Origin: Cetorhinus maximus
Taxonomy: Eukaryota
NCBI RefSeq assembly: GCF_964194155.1
Contig: NC_135880.1
Span: 214,396,001 to 214,460,000, forward strand
Direction of reading: 5' to 3'
Length of the DNA: 64,000 nt
The stretch's first letter is position 1. Every line of letters begins with the position of its first letter. A model generated the notes under the pieces. It did no database searches and was not told the origin of the DNA. It saw only the letters and a list, made by a program, of their open reading frames with translations. Positions 48,169 through 62,079 of this stretch are shown piece by piece. The translations under genes were made by a program, and so were the position numbers.

Positions 48169-49833
48169 CTACTTTTCCTTAACTTTCCTAACCCTGCCGC
48201 TATGTCTTGTTGCTCCCCAGACATCCACAGCTGAGGTGGAGGCAGCCTGCTGACTGCGACGTCCTGTCTGTGATGACCTTGGCAAGCGTCCTCTGGAGGG
48301 CTGAGACTTGGAGGGCACCAGCCTGCTTTTGGGATCCTGCTGTGTGGCAGTGGCACCCTCCTCGGCCTGTGGAGCTGGAGCTACGGAGGTCACAGGAAGA
48401 GGGGATTCGGAAGGGCCAGACACTACCGGAGTCACCTGGGTGGATGACCCTGGGGTGTGCATTTGCTGATCTCCCTCCCTATGGGTGCCAAAGTGCCCCT
48501 GGCTGACTCGATGAGGGAAAGGGTAGCTGGAGTGAGATCGAGCTGCCCAGCAACCCTCTCATGTATATATTGCTGGACGCCAACTATGCATCAGCGGTGG
48601 AGTTAAACTTGCGCAGCAGTGCAGGAGTGACATCCTGGACCAAGGTCTCCATGGTGGCCGCCATCCTGCCAGTGGACATGCCGGCGCTCTCACCTCAGCC
48701 TGAAGATGGTCGGACTCCTCCATCGTGCCTTGCAATCTGAGGAGTGCAGCGGACATCCCTTCCTGATGTTCCCGAGCTTGCCTTTGCAGCTCCAGCAACC
48801 GTGGCATGACCGAGTCCAGAGGCTCATCATCTGACTCAGACTCAACAGGTTCCTGGCCTAAAGCAGCCCTCCGCATGCCAGCGACCTGGGAAGTCCCTGC
48901 CTCAGCCTGCTGTGGATCAGACTGTGCACTATGATCACCAGTATGTGATCCCGTGCCTAATCTAGAGCTAGGTCCCACTGAAGTGTGTGTCTCTGCGCTG
49001 GTGGAGGGTTTGGGTGAGCGCTGTGACGCAACTTATGAAGGGGTGCATTCCGTTACCCCTTCGGATGTCCCCTCCAAACTGGCTTGCAAGCCCTGGGTCA
49101 TGGACTCCATCGGCTCTTGGAGTGATGGACCTGCAGAAGTAAGGGGAGATAATGAGTGCATGGCAGTGGCCTGTGGCAAGGAACACATTACTCACAGCAT
49201 GGTTGTCTGATGGATGTTGCACTGCTGGATCCTCACTTGATAGAGCAGCGCTGACCTCACTGTCAGCACAGGACCGGTCCCAGTCATCACGGCCAGCTGG
49301 ATGACCCTGTTCTCAAATTCCATAAGGACATGGAACTCCGGCATTCCTCCACTGGTCTGCGACCTTTCCCTCCTGTTGTGAGCCAGTTTGTCCTGCATGG
49401 ATAGAGATGGGGGGAGTGTATCAGGATGCCTGCTGAGTCAGACGATATATGTGTCTGGACTGTGTGGGTGGTGTGTGGTCCCGTGGACGGGCTGAGGACA
49501 ATGCAGGTGTGTGTGAGAGAGTGAATGGTGATGTCCCTTGAACTGGCAGTGAGTGAGGGCCCAGTGGATTTGTGAGTGCGTAGTTCGAGAGTGATGAGAA
49601 GGGTGACTTACCCTGGTGGAACAGAGGAGATCATTCATCCTCTTGCGGCACTGGGTGACTGTCCTCTTCTGAAGGGCGTTGGCGCTGACCACCGCTGCCG
49701 CCACCTCCCAGGCTGCAGCCAGAGAAGGGGTACAGGACATCCCGGCGGGCCTCCTCGGCATCCAGCAGTCACTTGAGGGACTGGTCGTTGGAGCCGGGGT
49801 GGGGGCTGAAGTCTTTTTCCCTTTGCTGGCCAT
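48169..49833 (-). pseudogene. Harbinger Myb/SANT-like gene, copy 3, three exons (49833-49612, 49392-49237, 49130-48169)
   Basis: MASKGKK..WEVAAAVVSANALQKRTVTQCRKRMNDLLCSTR^gtaagt; atgcag^DKLAHNRRERSQTSGG...^gtgagg; ctgcag^exon 3 with coiled coil LLELQRQAREHQEG, ending SGRVRKVKEK*. Confidence 0.88.
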
Positions 49834-50109
49834 GTCTCCCGGGCAGCGGTGGTGAGCTGGTAGTGATGAACGCCGTGCTGGTGGCTGCCTTTTAAACATG
49901 CCAGCCGGCGTGATGCAACAGCGGGGTGATGGCAGGAGGGTGAATGAGAGCCCGCCCGCCACGGAAACGGCGTATTTCCCGGGAATGCATAAATAATGAG
50001 GCTGACTCGGAACAATACGGCACAAAAACCCATCGTCGCTGTCGGCGGGTAGAACGCCATTTTGCCTGCCCGCTATCGCACTTAGTGCAAATATGGGAAA
50101 ATTCCACCC

Positions 50110-50188
50110 TCTGTTTCTCTCTCCGTAGACGCTGCCAGACCTGCTGAGTTTTTCCAGCAATTTTTTTTTGTTTTTATTCCTGATTTCA
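50110..50188 (+). mobile_element. Penelope 3'-end fragment abutting the Harbinger terminus
   Basis: ctctccgtagacgctgccagacctgctgagtttttccagcaatt is the reverse complement of ~19550-19600. Confidence 0.8.
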
Positions 50189-50819
50189 ACTTAAGGAGCC
50201 ATGAATTGGCAGGGGTGGTGGCAAGGGGGAGGGGTTTGGGAGTGTGGTGCAGGGTGTTAAAACAATTGCCCAAACTGAACCCTCTCCATTCCTACCAGGT
50301 GGATTAGCTTAAAATTGGGCTGACATTTTCCTTCTAATTCAACGTTCATCAGGAGGCTGAATATTTTGGCAATTTTACAAAAGACCAGTTCCGACCAGTA
50401 TACTTATTTCCCAGTTTTTACTGTGTTTTCATTCTTGGAATCATGCTGTGCATACATGTGGTGCAGAATAATGAGCGATGCCATTGACTCGTGAGCTTCA
50501 TTATCAGATAAAGTGCAATTAACTGCAGAATATGTTCCAAAGGAATCAGTAACCGGCCAAGGAAGCCCTGAAATTCAATGCACTAAAAACAGACTTTGAT
50601 TCGTTCCCTCTCCATAATCCAGAGAGCTGAAATATTGATGAGCAGGATAGCAGAATGGAACCCACGGTTCATTGGTAAAATTCCTGCCCTGCCATGCCAC
50701 CAAAAACGGGCTTGACATCTTCTGCCGTCATTAAACAATGGCCTCGGGTCATAATATTTATTGTACCATCTCAATACAAGCATCAAAAGGTTTACATTGG
50801 AAACTGTATCTTTGAGAAA

Positions 50820-51349
50820 GGGCAAAATTTTTACCTGGGCGGGCGGGCGCGTGCCCGACCTGCTGGAGCGTAAAATGACACGCGTTAACGTCGGGCGAGC
50901 GTCCCGACGTCAGTGCGCAGTCCTGCACCATTTCGGTGGGCGGGCGTGCACCGACAGTTAAAGGGCCTGTTAAGGCCACTAAAAAAGGTAATTGAACAAA
51001 ATTTCCAGCTGGCGAAAAGGCCAAGCGGCCTTTGCACTTTATAGGAAACCTCCCTCCACGGGCGGCGGGATGAGGTTTCCTAAAGCGAATAAAAGCAAAA
51101 TAAACATTTTAAAACTTAATGAACAACGTGGCAGCTCAGGGGGATCATCAAGCTTGAAGATTGCGCCCACTCCACCCGCCCTCCTCCCCCTCCCTCCACA
51201 CACAGGCAGCGCTGCTGCTCGCGTTTCTCGGTGGGCGGCCTTGATTGGTCCGCCAGCATGAAATCGCCTTCTGGCCTCGATCGCGGATGAAGCCGGCTTC
51301 CCAACCGCCCCCACTGAGCCTCCCACCCGACAAGGGCAAAATTCTGCCC
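50820..51349 (+). mobile_element. Harbinger-type MITE, family A, copy 4
   Basis: GGGCAAAATTTT...AAAATTCTGCCC; CpG-rich; homologous to 14540-15179, 30999-31549 and 37121-37685. Confidence 0.85.
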
Positions 51350-54300
51350 ATCGAGTCTGAGTGGAACTATATCACATTTTGTATTTTCTTCTTTCCTTTT
51401 TAAACAATAATTCTTACCTTCTGTCGATGTAGTTGACGCAACATTTCACACCACAAGAAACTGATGACTCACTGCAGGGACTAAAGCATTGCTAGTCCAT
51501 CTTGACCAGTAGAATTCCAAGAGAAATGGCCTAGATGTTTTGATGATTTGAGTTCTCGGTTGACCCCTGCAGAAACAGTCAAATTCCTCCTTGTACTAAG
51601 TTGCCACAGGATCTGAGCCCATGTTCTATTATTCCATTGCTAAAGGGAATTCTTGTTGGTGCCTTTTCAGTGAGCTTCATTATTGTAAGCCATCATACGA
51701 ACATACGAACAAGGAGCCAGAGTAGGTCATTCAGCCCCTCGAACCTTCCTCGCCATTTACTGAGATCATGGCTGATCTGATAGTAACCTGGGCCTGAATC
51801 TTCTGGTCGGCGTGTAATGTACAGTAAAATTTCTGCTATCTGGCTTTTTCCTGGGATGGGGGGTGCCGGTTAATCAAAAATGCCAATTAACAAGGAGTTA
51901 CGTTTACTGATGGAATGTTTGTGGCATAAATTTTCAAAGAATTGAAGTATAGTACATTAAAACATATGAAGTGTAAAGTATTATACAGGTGGTCTACAAT
52001 TAAGAAGTAAATTAGTCTTTTTCCTCTAATCCTTCTTTGGAGATTCAGGAGGTACTTGGGAACCTGCCAGTGCCTCATGTCCCTCAACATCTTTTACAAC
52101 AGTCCCTGTAGATGTAGAAGGAGTAGGAGATTGGGCCCTTGCATAAGCCCTGATGTCAGCTTGCCTATTTGCCCACCGATGTCTATTCTCTGTTATAATG
52201 TCTTCTGCGCTGCTCACCTCAGCTTTTCTCTGGTTTATTGGATGGCATAATGGCAGGGTGGGGTTTATAATTCACAATAATGCACAACGCAATACCAAAG
52301 GTACAGGTTACAGTGGTGGTTACCAACAAGAAGGGCTGCCAATGCCTCAGCCGGAAGCTTGGCTAGCCCTACTGAGGTGACCCGACAGCGCTCGGAGGTT
52401 TTGGGTTCCAGATAACTTCTGAACGGCTTCCAGTTGGTAAAGTGCCAATTTGCATTGCAGGAATAATAGGAATTCCGGTTAATAGAGCATTTCGGTCGGA
52501 ACAGCGCCAGATAACACAAAGTTTACTGTATTGGCAATGTGCATTCCACGGAGCTTTGCTTAAGCTTGCCTGTCCCTTTAAGAGCACCGTGCCTAATTAT
52601 CGTATAAGAAGCAGTAAGAGCGCACATATGTGGAAAGTAAAACTTTGCAGTGCTCAAGGAACAGCTGAATCATATGGGAAAGAAGTAGAAGTTAAGCTTG
52701 AGGCCTGTGAGACTGAGAATGATAGTTATTATACTTATCAAAAGATGGGATGGCAAGCCTTTTTTGTATTGGAAGTTGTTTCATGGCTTTTTTATGTTAT
52801 TGATTGAGTGGGTTTGAAATAATGCTTCTATCTGTTTAGATTTTTTAATAATGACTCATTAAATTATTGTGCTTTTTTTAAGTTAATGGTTAGTTAATTT
52901 GATGTTCAAATTTATCTGCATGCAACTGAATTCATCTGCATATCAAAATCTGTGGAGATTCACTATTATTGGTGTTTGTTATCTTCCACAGTCAGAACAT
53001 GCCAGTTGCAAAACTTCTGTATAAATGTTAAAAAGGAACTCTTCAATTAAAAACAATAGAAAATTGGTTATAGGGCGTAAGTGAATAGATCCAACTGACA
53101 CTACTCAAGTCAAGCCTTGAGTAGGCTGAGTAATTTTCAATAAACACTTCATGCCTATTCAAATATAATCTTTTCATACCCTTTCATGATATAGCTCACT
53201 CCTCTTAGATGTAGAACCGAAGTTGTTGGGGTTGCATGATGTTCCTACTGCACTCAGGGAAAGCCTCTGTCCAAGGCTGCTCTGGTTTTTAAGTGGAAGA
53301 TTTCATACCTGAAGCTGGATATTCATGACAAGTCCATTTTGTGTATTCATGGAGACATGTTGTCCTTGAGCACAATTCACCCAGTTTACTTGGGGAAGAT
53401 TCAAGCAGACTGGGCAATATACATAAGTAGATCTTTCTTGTAAGTAGATGGAAGATTTTCATTCTGAGGGTCGTATACAACTACTTATGTGTGGCGTTAG
53501 ACTAAGTGAAGATGATCAACTACATAGGGGAAACATATAAGAAACGTTCCTTCCAAAGGACGTTCCTTTGCTGCTTTGCATACTTTTTCTCTTTTGGCTA
53601 AGGTTTGTTTGCATTGGAGTCTTGGTCATAACCCCCATGATAAACAGAATCGTTTTTATTCATCATCGTTGCTAGTCTTTTACAGGTCTCTGTGATTCCC
53701 TGAGCACTTTGTAAACGTCACTGCTCTATCAAAAAAAATTCATACTTCAAGAAAATTGGGTTTGATAGCTTCAGTGGTGCTGCGATTTTTAAAAGTGAAA
53801 TGCAATCGAGTTAATGCAAGGTGAACGCATGAACCAACTCCCTCACTGGACTAGTTAGTTTTTACACTGACTATACACTAAGGATTAGATACTCACCAGT
53901 ATTCCATCATTTACTTTAAATTAGCAATAAAAAAGCTAAATATTCAATGCTATGTAGAGGGACAGCATTTGGCAGGATGTTAACTGATCATACACAAAGG
54001 GATCTTTGTTCCAAAACTGTATGATGAGGAGAATGTAAAAGGGATGTCTTATTGCCCTGTCAACCAATAGAATCATTTTGTTTGGGAGGATAGTTGTGAT
54101 TGATCCTTAGGTAATCCAATTTTCATGGAATCACAGCACAGAAGAAGGCCATTCAGTCTGTCTTTCAGTGCTAGCTCTCCATAGGAGCATCTTCTCTAGT
54201 TCCACTCTTCCCTCCTTCTCCCCATAGTCCTGAACATTTTTCATTTTCAGAAAATAATCCATAGTCAGCACTCCCTTCTAGTAATAATAATACATTAAAA

Positions 54301-55631
54301 CCACTTAAAAACAAATTGCCTTTTATTGTTTTATTTTCTGTCTCATGGAGGTTAGGGATGTTAGTGTATGGAAATGGAATTGGTTCTTTTTATGAGTTTT
54401 TTGAGGTATTGAAATATCACGATAAAGTTATATTACATAGTAGGTATTTAAAATATATATTGTGAGAAGCAGCAATCAGCAGTCTTCAGCCTTGCTTATC
54501 AAGTAAACACAAGTACAATTGTGAACCATTCAGCATTTGTCCTCTGGCCTCTTAGAAGCTGTGCTGCACAGAGACACCTGATGGCTCCAATGCCTTTCAC
54601 TGACAGTAAAGACCATGTTGTTCAATCATTCCACTTTGTGGCTCAGAAGTCATTTGATCTTTCTACCCTGTGAGATTAATGATAAAATATAATCCAATTA
54701 CACCCCTTGTATGAAATAATTATATTCAATAATATCATCCACGCAGGCAGAAGAAAGTATTCTAATTCTTCGACAGAATGGAAAAGATCTTGTGCAGTTT
54801 ATCTGGGTTGCAAGTATTGAATCTTTCCCCCAAACATGAATTTACTGTCACCATGTCCATATGGTGCAATGTGCGGAACATGTTAATGAGGGCTGAGGCA
54901 GTCACCGAAATCAATGTTATCATCTGCACATTAATAACTAATGGGATATTGTCCTGTCAAATTAACAATATTGCACAATGCTGTTAAAGTAAAATTTGTA
55001 CTTAATACCACCATATTCCCAAAATATTTTTTTAAAATAACATCCCTCTTCACAGGCAGGATTACCTATAGGGTACATACAAGCTAACACTGCATTATAT
55101 TGTTGCTGCTCTTAATATTGATGACCCATGCTGCATACATATCTGATGACATTTGTATTCAGACGCCAACAATGTGTGTCAAAATTTTACTAGGACCTTT
55201 CTGTAGTTGTTTGGTGAATTGATTGGTGAGTCTCGAGAAGGGAAATATATTATACATGATTGAGGGGGAGGGTTAAAGCCGAGGGGGAGGAATAAGGGGC
55301 CCAGAAACAGGAGAAGCACCGGGTACCACGATTTTTCTCCCTGGCCTGGAATGGAATATCTTCCTATTTTGGATTATGATTTTCAGCTTTGAACACTTCC
55401 AGCTTAAATACCAGTACATTGTATTTTCACAGAATAAAGACCGTATTGCCTTGCTCCAGCAATATGCCTTTTCACAACCTTGGAGTGTCCAACACTACAT
55501 TCATCTGCCTCGTTCCAATTCCTACAGCTGTCACACTGAATCCTTGTTAAATGTTAGCAAATTATGTCGCCCACTAAAACACCATAAATGCAGATTTATC
55601 TACATCAGACAAATTTTGAGAAGTATTTTTA

Positions 55632-56065
55632 TTTCATAGGATGTGGCTGTTGTTGGCTAGGCCAGTATTTCTTGTCCATCCCTAATTGCCCTTGAGAATG
55701 TGGCAGTGAGCTGCCTTCTTGAACAGCTGTGGTCCCTGTGGTGTAGGTAGACCCACAGCGCTGTCAGGAAGGTTGTTCCAGGATTTTGACCCAGCGACAG
55801 TGAAGGAAATGCAATATATTTCCAAGTCAGGATGGTGAGTGACTTGGAGGGGAATCTTCGGGTGGTGTTGTTCCCATGCACCTTGTCCTTCTAATTGGTA
55901 GTGGTTGTGGGTTTGGAAGGTTCTGTCTAAGGAGCCTTGATGTCTTCCTGCAGTGCACCTTGTAGATGGTACACACTGCTGCCACTGTGCATTAGTGGTG
56001 GAGGGAGTAAATGTTTAATGTGGTAGATGGGCTCCCAATCAAGTGGGCTGCCTTGTCCTGGAAGT
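55632..56065 (-). mobile_element. CR1-clade LINE 3' fragment (62-63.6 kb family)
   Basis: Reverse-complement homolog of 63130-63570. Confidence 0.85.
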
Positions 56066-57207
56066 TGTACGAGCTAGAGGGAGATGACCAAAAGTGTCTA
56101 CTCAATCTAACCATTTGCCGAATCACAGAAAAGGGTGAATTCTAAATTTTGAAGAGTTATTTATTGAACTGTTAATTGAAAAAAAGAAAATCCTCATAAC
56201 ATTTTGCAATAAAATGCACTTGTCTTAATGGTAGCACTGAATTTGCTTGTCACTGCATTATCTTCCTATTGCTACTTCTTGAAACAACATCTGAATATTT
56301 TGATACTCCACAGTACACAGTGTGAATTGGGACAATCTTAACTTATAAAATGTATGCAGTCACGTTGGCTTTAGGTCACCCTTATTTCAGTTGAATGCGA
56401 TCTCTGTGGGATTGTAAATGTAAATGAGGTCAGACACCAGCAATAACTGCTAATGGGTGACAAAGCAAAAAAACACGACTCAAGCAGCTACAGTACGAAG
56501 GATGAACATTTCTAAAAGGGAGAAGGCAAATTAAACTGAAGCTGATGTGTGAGATAGTAGAACTATAGGTACTTTCAAAAATGCTTTGTCTATGCAAGCC
56601 AATTGGGGTTACATTTGAACAATAGCAGCACATATAAGGTAGGTTTAAATAGGAAATTCCATTCCTAAAATTTGTAGACTGTTGCCACATAGTTTGCGCT
56701 GTAAATCCTGCTAATGTTAAATGTCAAGGTACTATCGTCTGATAACTAATCTCCCCATTTCTTGCCGATTTTTCTACTGCTGTATAAAGTTGCATAAAAT
56801 GTTAATTGAAAATGAGGTGCGCAATTTTTTATTGCAGTAACTGTTCATAATCTGATAACATTTCTGATGGTGCATACGCTATAAGACCAGAGTTGCTTAT
56901 CTGAAGACGATCTATGGGAACAGATAGATCCATTAAAAATTTCTTCAAGCAAATGATAATATTATTTATTTATTCAAGCCTTGCAATTAAACTGAGAGGA
57001 AAGGTGGAAAACTGTCTTATGCAAAGGGTCAGAGCTGAGAAAAAGACGGGCAAAACCAGCGCAGATTGAAATTAGTCTAGTCCAGCCACGTGAAACAGGC
57101 TCAGAGCGAATCAGCAGCAGGTTTTTGTTTTTGCCAGCACGCTCAACCTTTTCCACTGAAATTCTTTGAACAACGGTTCAAACTCTTTTGTGGAATCCTG
57201 TTTCTCA

Positions 57208-57335
57208 CGGCGGAATTTTATGGCCCCGTCGCAGCAGAAGCAGGGCCGCAAAATGGGACGAGCCATTCAAAACTCCATTGACTTTGTTAGGACCGGAAAA
57301 CCCCATCAGCGGGAGGGCCCGGAAAAATTCCGCCC
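57208..57335. mobile_element. Small Harbinger-type MITE
   Basis: GGCGGAATTTT...AAAATTCCGCCC; central ttcaaaactccattgactt is shared with 19363-19479. Confidence 0.75.
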
Positions 57336-58677
57336 TTCGTCTCACTGAGGCTTTTACTGCTAGGTTCGAAATTTAAAATCTTGGCAACATTTTCCAAGTC
57401 AATGGAGGTTAAAAACTGGTGCAAAAATTGGCTGCCGATTCTCCTCATGCCCGTTTTGCACCGCTGGAATAGACCAATTTTGTCTCCATAATGCCTTGCA
57501 TTTATTACAATATTTTCTATTATATTTTAGTTCCACTATTGATCATTGATCGATGTGGGAGATACCCATGATACGGCCCAGTGCCATTACTTCTGCTTTG
57601 CCTGCTCTGTCTTTCTCAAACGATATGAAGGTGAACACCAATGAATAGAACTCATCCATCCCTATACCATATCTCATTAGAGTAGCTGAGGAATGAAGGT
57701 GATGTAAAATGTGGTTTGTCAAGAAACCGTTGAAGGTTAATGCCCCACAGGTAGTTTGTCCATGTAGTTGTGGGAGGGGATAATTGTCTGTGTTCACATT
57801 TAAACGATATATTTTCCTCCTGCTAGATTTGGGAACTGGGCAAGGCTGCAACGAATGATGCCCTATTGGCAACATACCAATTCTGCAAGGATATCTAGCT
57901 TGGGGAGGTGGTCATCTTCCCCATGAGGCCCTTTGACCATGCAGTTAGCTAAGTTAATGTCTTAACAATATTCAGGCATTCCTTGCTCATGAAATATATA
58001 ATCATTAAGAACTACATGATTGATTTAGGTAATTTATTCACTAATTATTGTTATATTTCTCTGAAAGTTCAAGGGTGAAGGGTCACCTGAAATGGGAAAG
58101 CAACAGGAGCTTTAGCTTCCTCATTTCTCCGCCTTGCAGGTTTGATTTGCCTTTCTGAGAAGGACAATGGGTAAATTAAGACCTGCAAATATTTTGTGTT
58201 AACCTCTTGGAATTGTAGCATCCCGCAGCATTGACACGATGGTCACTTCAGTTATTTTTAGGGTTTATCTTGAAGATAACCGTCAAATACAACTGTGGTG
58301 TCAATGTGAGATTATACGCTGTAATATAGAAACAATAAGGTATATTAATATAATTCCTTCATGCAATTCATGCAGGAGGTGTGTAGGGGGCAAACATTAA
58401 GGGCTGGCTTTTCACAGAGTCGGGCTGACTCCAGAGGCCTTTAAAACTGGTGGGTGAAACCCGATTCCAGGATTCTCGGTGCCAACAATTTTCATCGGCG
58501 CAGGGTGAGGTTGCAGGTCATAAGCGGTACCCTGGAGACCTTTTTGTAAATGGATGGAAGATTTTTACTCTCTGAGGGAACATATAAGAAATTTTCCCTC
58601 CCAATGAATGTTCCTTTTCTGTTTTGCACACATCTTCTCTTTGAGTTAGGCTTTGTTTGCGCTGGAGTCCTTTTTTT

Positions 58678-60290
58678 TATTCATTCACAGGATGTGGGCA
58701 TCGCTGGCTGGGTCAACATTTATTGCCCATTCCTAGTTGCCCTTGAGAAGGTGGTGGTGCCTTCTTGAACTGCTGTAGTCCATGTGGTACATCCACAGTG
58801 CTGCTAAGAAGGGAGTTCCAGGATTTTGACTCAGCAACAGTGAAGGAACAGCGATATATTTCCAAGGATAGTGAGTGACTTGGAGGGGAACTTCCAGGTG
58901 GTGGTGTTCCCATCTACCTGCTGCCTTTGTCCTTCTAGAATGTTGTTGTCATGGGTTTGGAAGGTGCTGTCTAAGAAGCCTTGATAAATTTCTGCAGTGT
59001 ACCTTGTAGATGGTACACACTGCTGCTACTATGTGTCAGTAGTGGAGGGAGTGAATGTTTGTCGATGTGGTGCCAGTCAAGTAGGCTGCTTTGTCCTGAC
59101 AGTGTCAAGCTTCTTGAGTGTTGTGTGAGCTGCACTCATCCAGGTAAGTGGGGAGTGTTCCATCACACTCCTGACTTAGAACATAAGAACATAAGAAATA
59201 GGAACAGGAGTAGACCATTCGGTCCCTCGAGCCTGCTTCGCCATTCAATAAGAACATGGCTGATCTTCTTGTGTTTCGATTTCTATATTCCCATCTACCC
59301 CCAATAACCTTTGATCCCCTTGCCTAACAAGAATCTATCTACCTCTGCCTTAAAAATATTCAGTGACCCCGCCTCCACCACCTTCCGAGGCAGAGAGTTC
59401 CAAAGTCGCACAACCCTCTGAGAGAAAAAATTTCTCCTCATCTCTGTCCTAAAAAGGCAACCCCTAATTTTAAAACAGTGCCCCCTAGGTCTGGACTCAC
59501 CCAGGAGAGGAAACATCCTATTGGCTTCCACCTTGTCAAGGCCGTTCAGGATCTTGTATACATCAACTAACTCATCCCTCACTCTTCTAAACTCCAGTGA
59601 AAACAAGCCCAATCTGTCCAACCTTTCCTCATAAGACAACCCACTCATTCCTGGTATCAATTTAGTAAACCTCTTTTGAACTGCCTTCAATGTATTTACA
59701 TCCTTCCTTAAATAAGGAGATCAAAACAACACTTAGTATTCGAGGTGCGGTCTCACCAATGCCCTGTATAACTGAAGCATAACATCCTTACTTTTATGTT
59801 TAAATCTTCTCGTAACAAAAGATAACATTCCATTAGCTTTCTTAATTACTTGTGCCTTGTAGATTGTGGACAGGCTTTGGAGAGTCAGGAGGTGAGTTAC
59901 TCATCGCAGGATTCCTAGCCTCTGACCTGTTCTTGTAGCCACAGTATTTATATGGATAGTCCAGTTCAGTTTCTGGTCAATGGTAACCCCCAGGGTGTTG
60001 ATGGTGGGGGATTTAGTGATGGTAATGCCATTGAACGTCAAGGGGCGATGGTTAGATTCTCTCTTGTTGGAGATGGTCATTGCCTGGCACTTGTGTGGCG
60101 CGAATGTTACTTGCCACTTGTCAGCCCAAGCCTGGATATTATCCAGGTCTTGCTACATTTGGACATGGGCTGCTTCAGTATCTGAGGAGTTGTGAATGGC
60201 GCTGAACATTGTGCAATCATCAGCAAACATCCCCACTTCTGACTTTATGGTGGAAGGAAGGTCATTAATGAAGCAGCTGAAGATGGCCAA
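58678..60290 (-). mobile_element. CR1-clade LINE 3' part (62-63.6 kb family), interrupted by a CR1 at 59178-59847
   Basis: Reverse-complement homolog of 62610-63570; continuous across the insert (ctgactt|...|gtgccttgtag). Confidence 0.9.
59178..59847 (-). mobile_element. CR1 LINE, 5'-truncated, nested
   Basis: ORF 59295-59690 AVQKRFTKLIPG...RRNFFSQRVVRLWNSLP; tail (agaacata)n; short repeat ACTT at both junctions. Confidence 0.92.
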
Positions 60291-62079
60291 GTCCTGGTTA
60301 TAACACCCCTGAAAAACAGAATAGTTAAAATCACAATCATAATCTGAATTCAGGAACCTTTTGAAGGGTAGGTTTAAGAGCTCTTACTCCCTCATCCTCC
60401 CTCATATCTATCATGTCCCTTCCATATGCCTTCCATCTTCTCTGTGCCCACTCACTTAGTATGCACTATGTACAGGATCAATGAACCATATTATAAAATG
60501 AAAAATCTTAAAATGCGTATGCAGAAAAAAAACACCCAATCAGAAATCTGCTTTGCAAAAATGGCTGTTTTTACAACCTTATAAGAGCGTCAGTCCCATA
60601 TTGCCATTCATAGTTTCAATAATAGAAGCATTACCCCACTTCACTTCACTCCTCTTAATCTTGTCCAAATAAGCATACAGACATTAAAAAACAGATCAAG
60701 GAAAGAAGAACTTCTTCTAACCTGATAAAGACACCAATGATCAAAGCTAACACTCGACTTCAGCCTATGTAAACAGACCCTTGCTGAGCTGAATCAATTG
60801 TGAGTCTTGGAAATCAACCAACTATTCATAATGAGGTCATCTGGAGAAATAGATGTCTAGCCATCTATTTCTGTTGATTCTGTTGCCAAATGCCAGAAAT
60901 TTCCCAACTCAAACTTTCTAACTCGTGAGTGAAATTCTGGCCCTAGATGACAAATCAAATGCCCCAAAGAAAGCTGTGAGATTTGAATTGGTTGAAAATC
61001 CTACATGGCCAGGACACAGTGGGCTGAATGGCCTCTGTCTATGCTGTAAATTTCTATGATTCTATGGATGATTTACTTTTGCCATTACATAGGTATCACC
61101 AGAAAGACCTGTACAACCACTCAAGTTACCTCTATTAGTGTTCAAAGGGATCTTGCATGCTGTTTTTAAACCATTTTCCTGCTTATGAAATATAGATATA
61201 TCTGATCTAATATGATGTAATTTCTTGGAAGATTTGTTGACAAACATACATCTTTTCAATGGGAAGCTAGAAATTGAGGCAATTTCGGGCTACAAATCTG
61301 TGTATGCTATGGAATAAAATAATTCATAATATTAAAATGATATGACCCATATTGTCCTGGTCAATCGGGAAAGAATGGCACTCACCAGTCAGCACACTTG
61401 AACGGCCCAAAGACTTTTTGTGGCTTACGAACATCAACTTTCTGACATCAGATGTCTGATCCAGTGCAAAGATCTCGACAGGGGATCTGGGACCTTCATA
61501 AACAGGGCAAACAACTGTGTGATTCTTCAACCAATCAGACGGAAGAATTTTCACTGAGCCAAGCAGCATTTAAACCAAGAAGAATAAGTTGGAACATTTA
61601 ATCATTTTAAAAGCATGTACAGAAAGTGAAATAAAGAGAGGATAACAAAGATGGAATTAAGCAAGAGAGTAAAGAAACAAAAAGAAAAAGGTCACAAAAG
61701 ATTATTTTTCACATCTCCAACAATAATTAAATTCTGAAGGAATAAGACTCCACATTTATAGGTTAAATTTCAGGGCCAGAGAGTTTGGTTGACATTATCA
61801 TGCCATTAAAAAAGTTAATTGTGCCAAATGCATATAATTGGTATATTTAGCAGGTAAGGGCAGAAACTTCACACCATTGTATGGATTTTGATGAATAATC
61901 TATTGGTGAGGTACCAGTGTAGTGTAGCTCATGGAGGATCAGGCAAATCAGATAGCAACCTCTGGACTTCTGGGTTTAACTGCACATGTACATACCCTGG
62001 AAGTCACTGCCTGATTAAAATTCATAATAATGGTGAGACTGTTTAACGCTATTATAACCAGGCAGAGCTTGTGAAACAA

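Larger units (their letters stand above)
45940..50109 (+). mobile_element. PIF/Harbinger DNA transposon, copy 3 (most complete; left terminus missing)
   Basis: Convergent transposase and Myb genes. Right terminus GGGAAAATTCCACCC. Confidence 0.92.

Noticed and set aside
49438-50160. 240-aa minus-strand ORF
   Set aside because: It runs from a Penelope fragment through the TIR and a frameshifted Myb exon 1 into the intron; not a real CDS.
52026-52807. Short ORFs in a moderately CpG-containing patch
   Set aside because: No recognisable domain, termini or splice structure.
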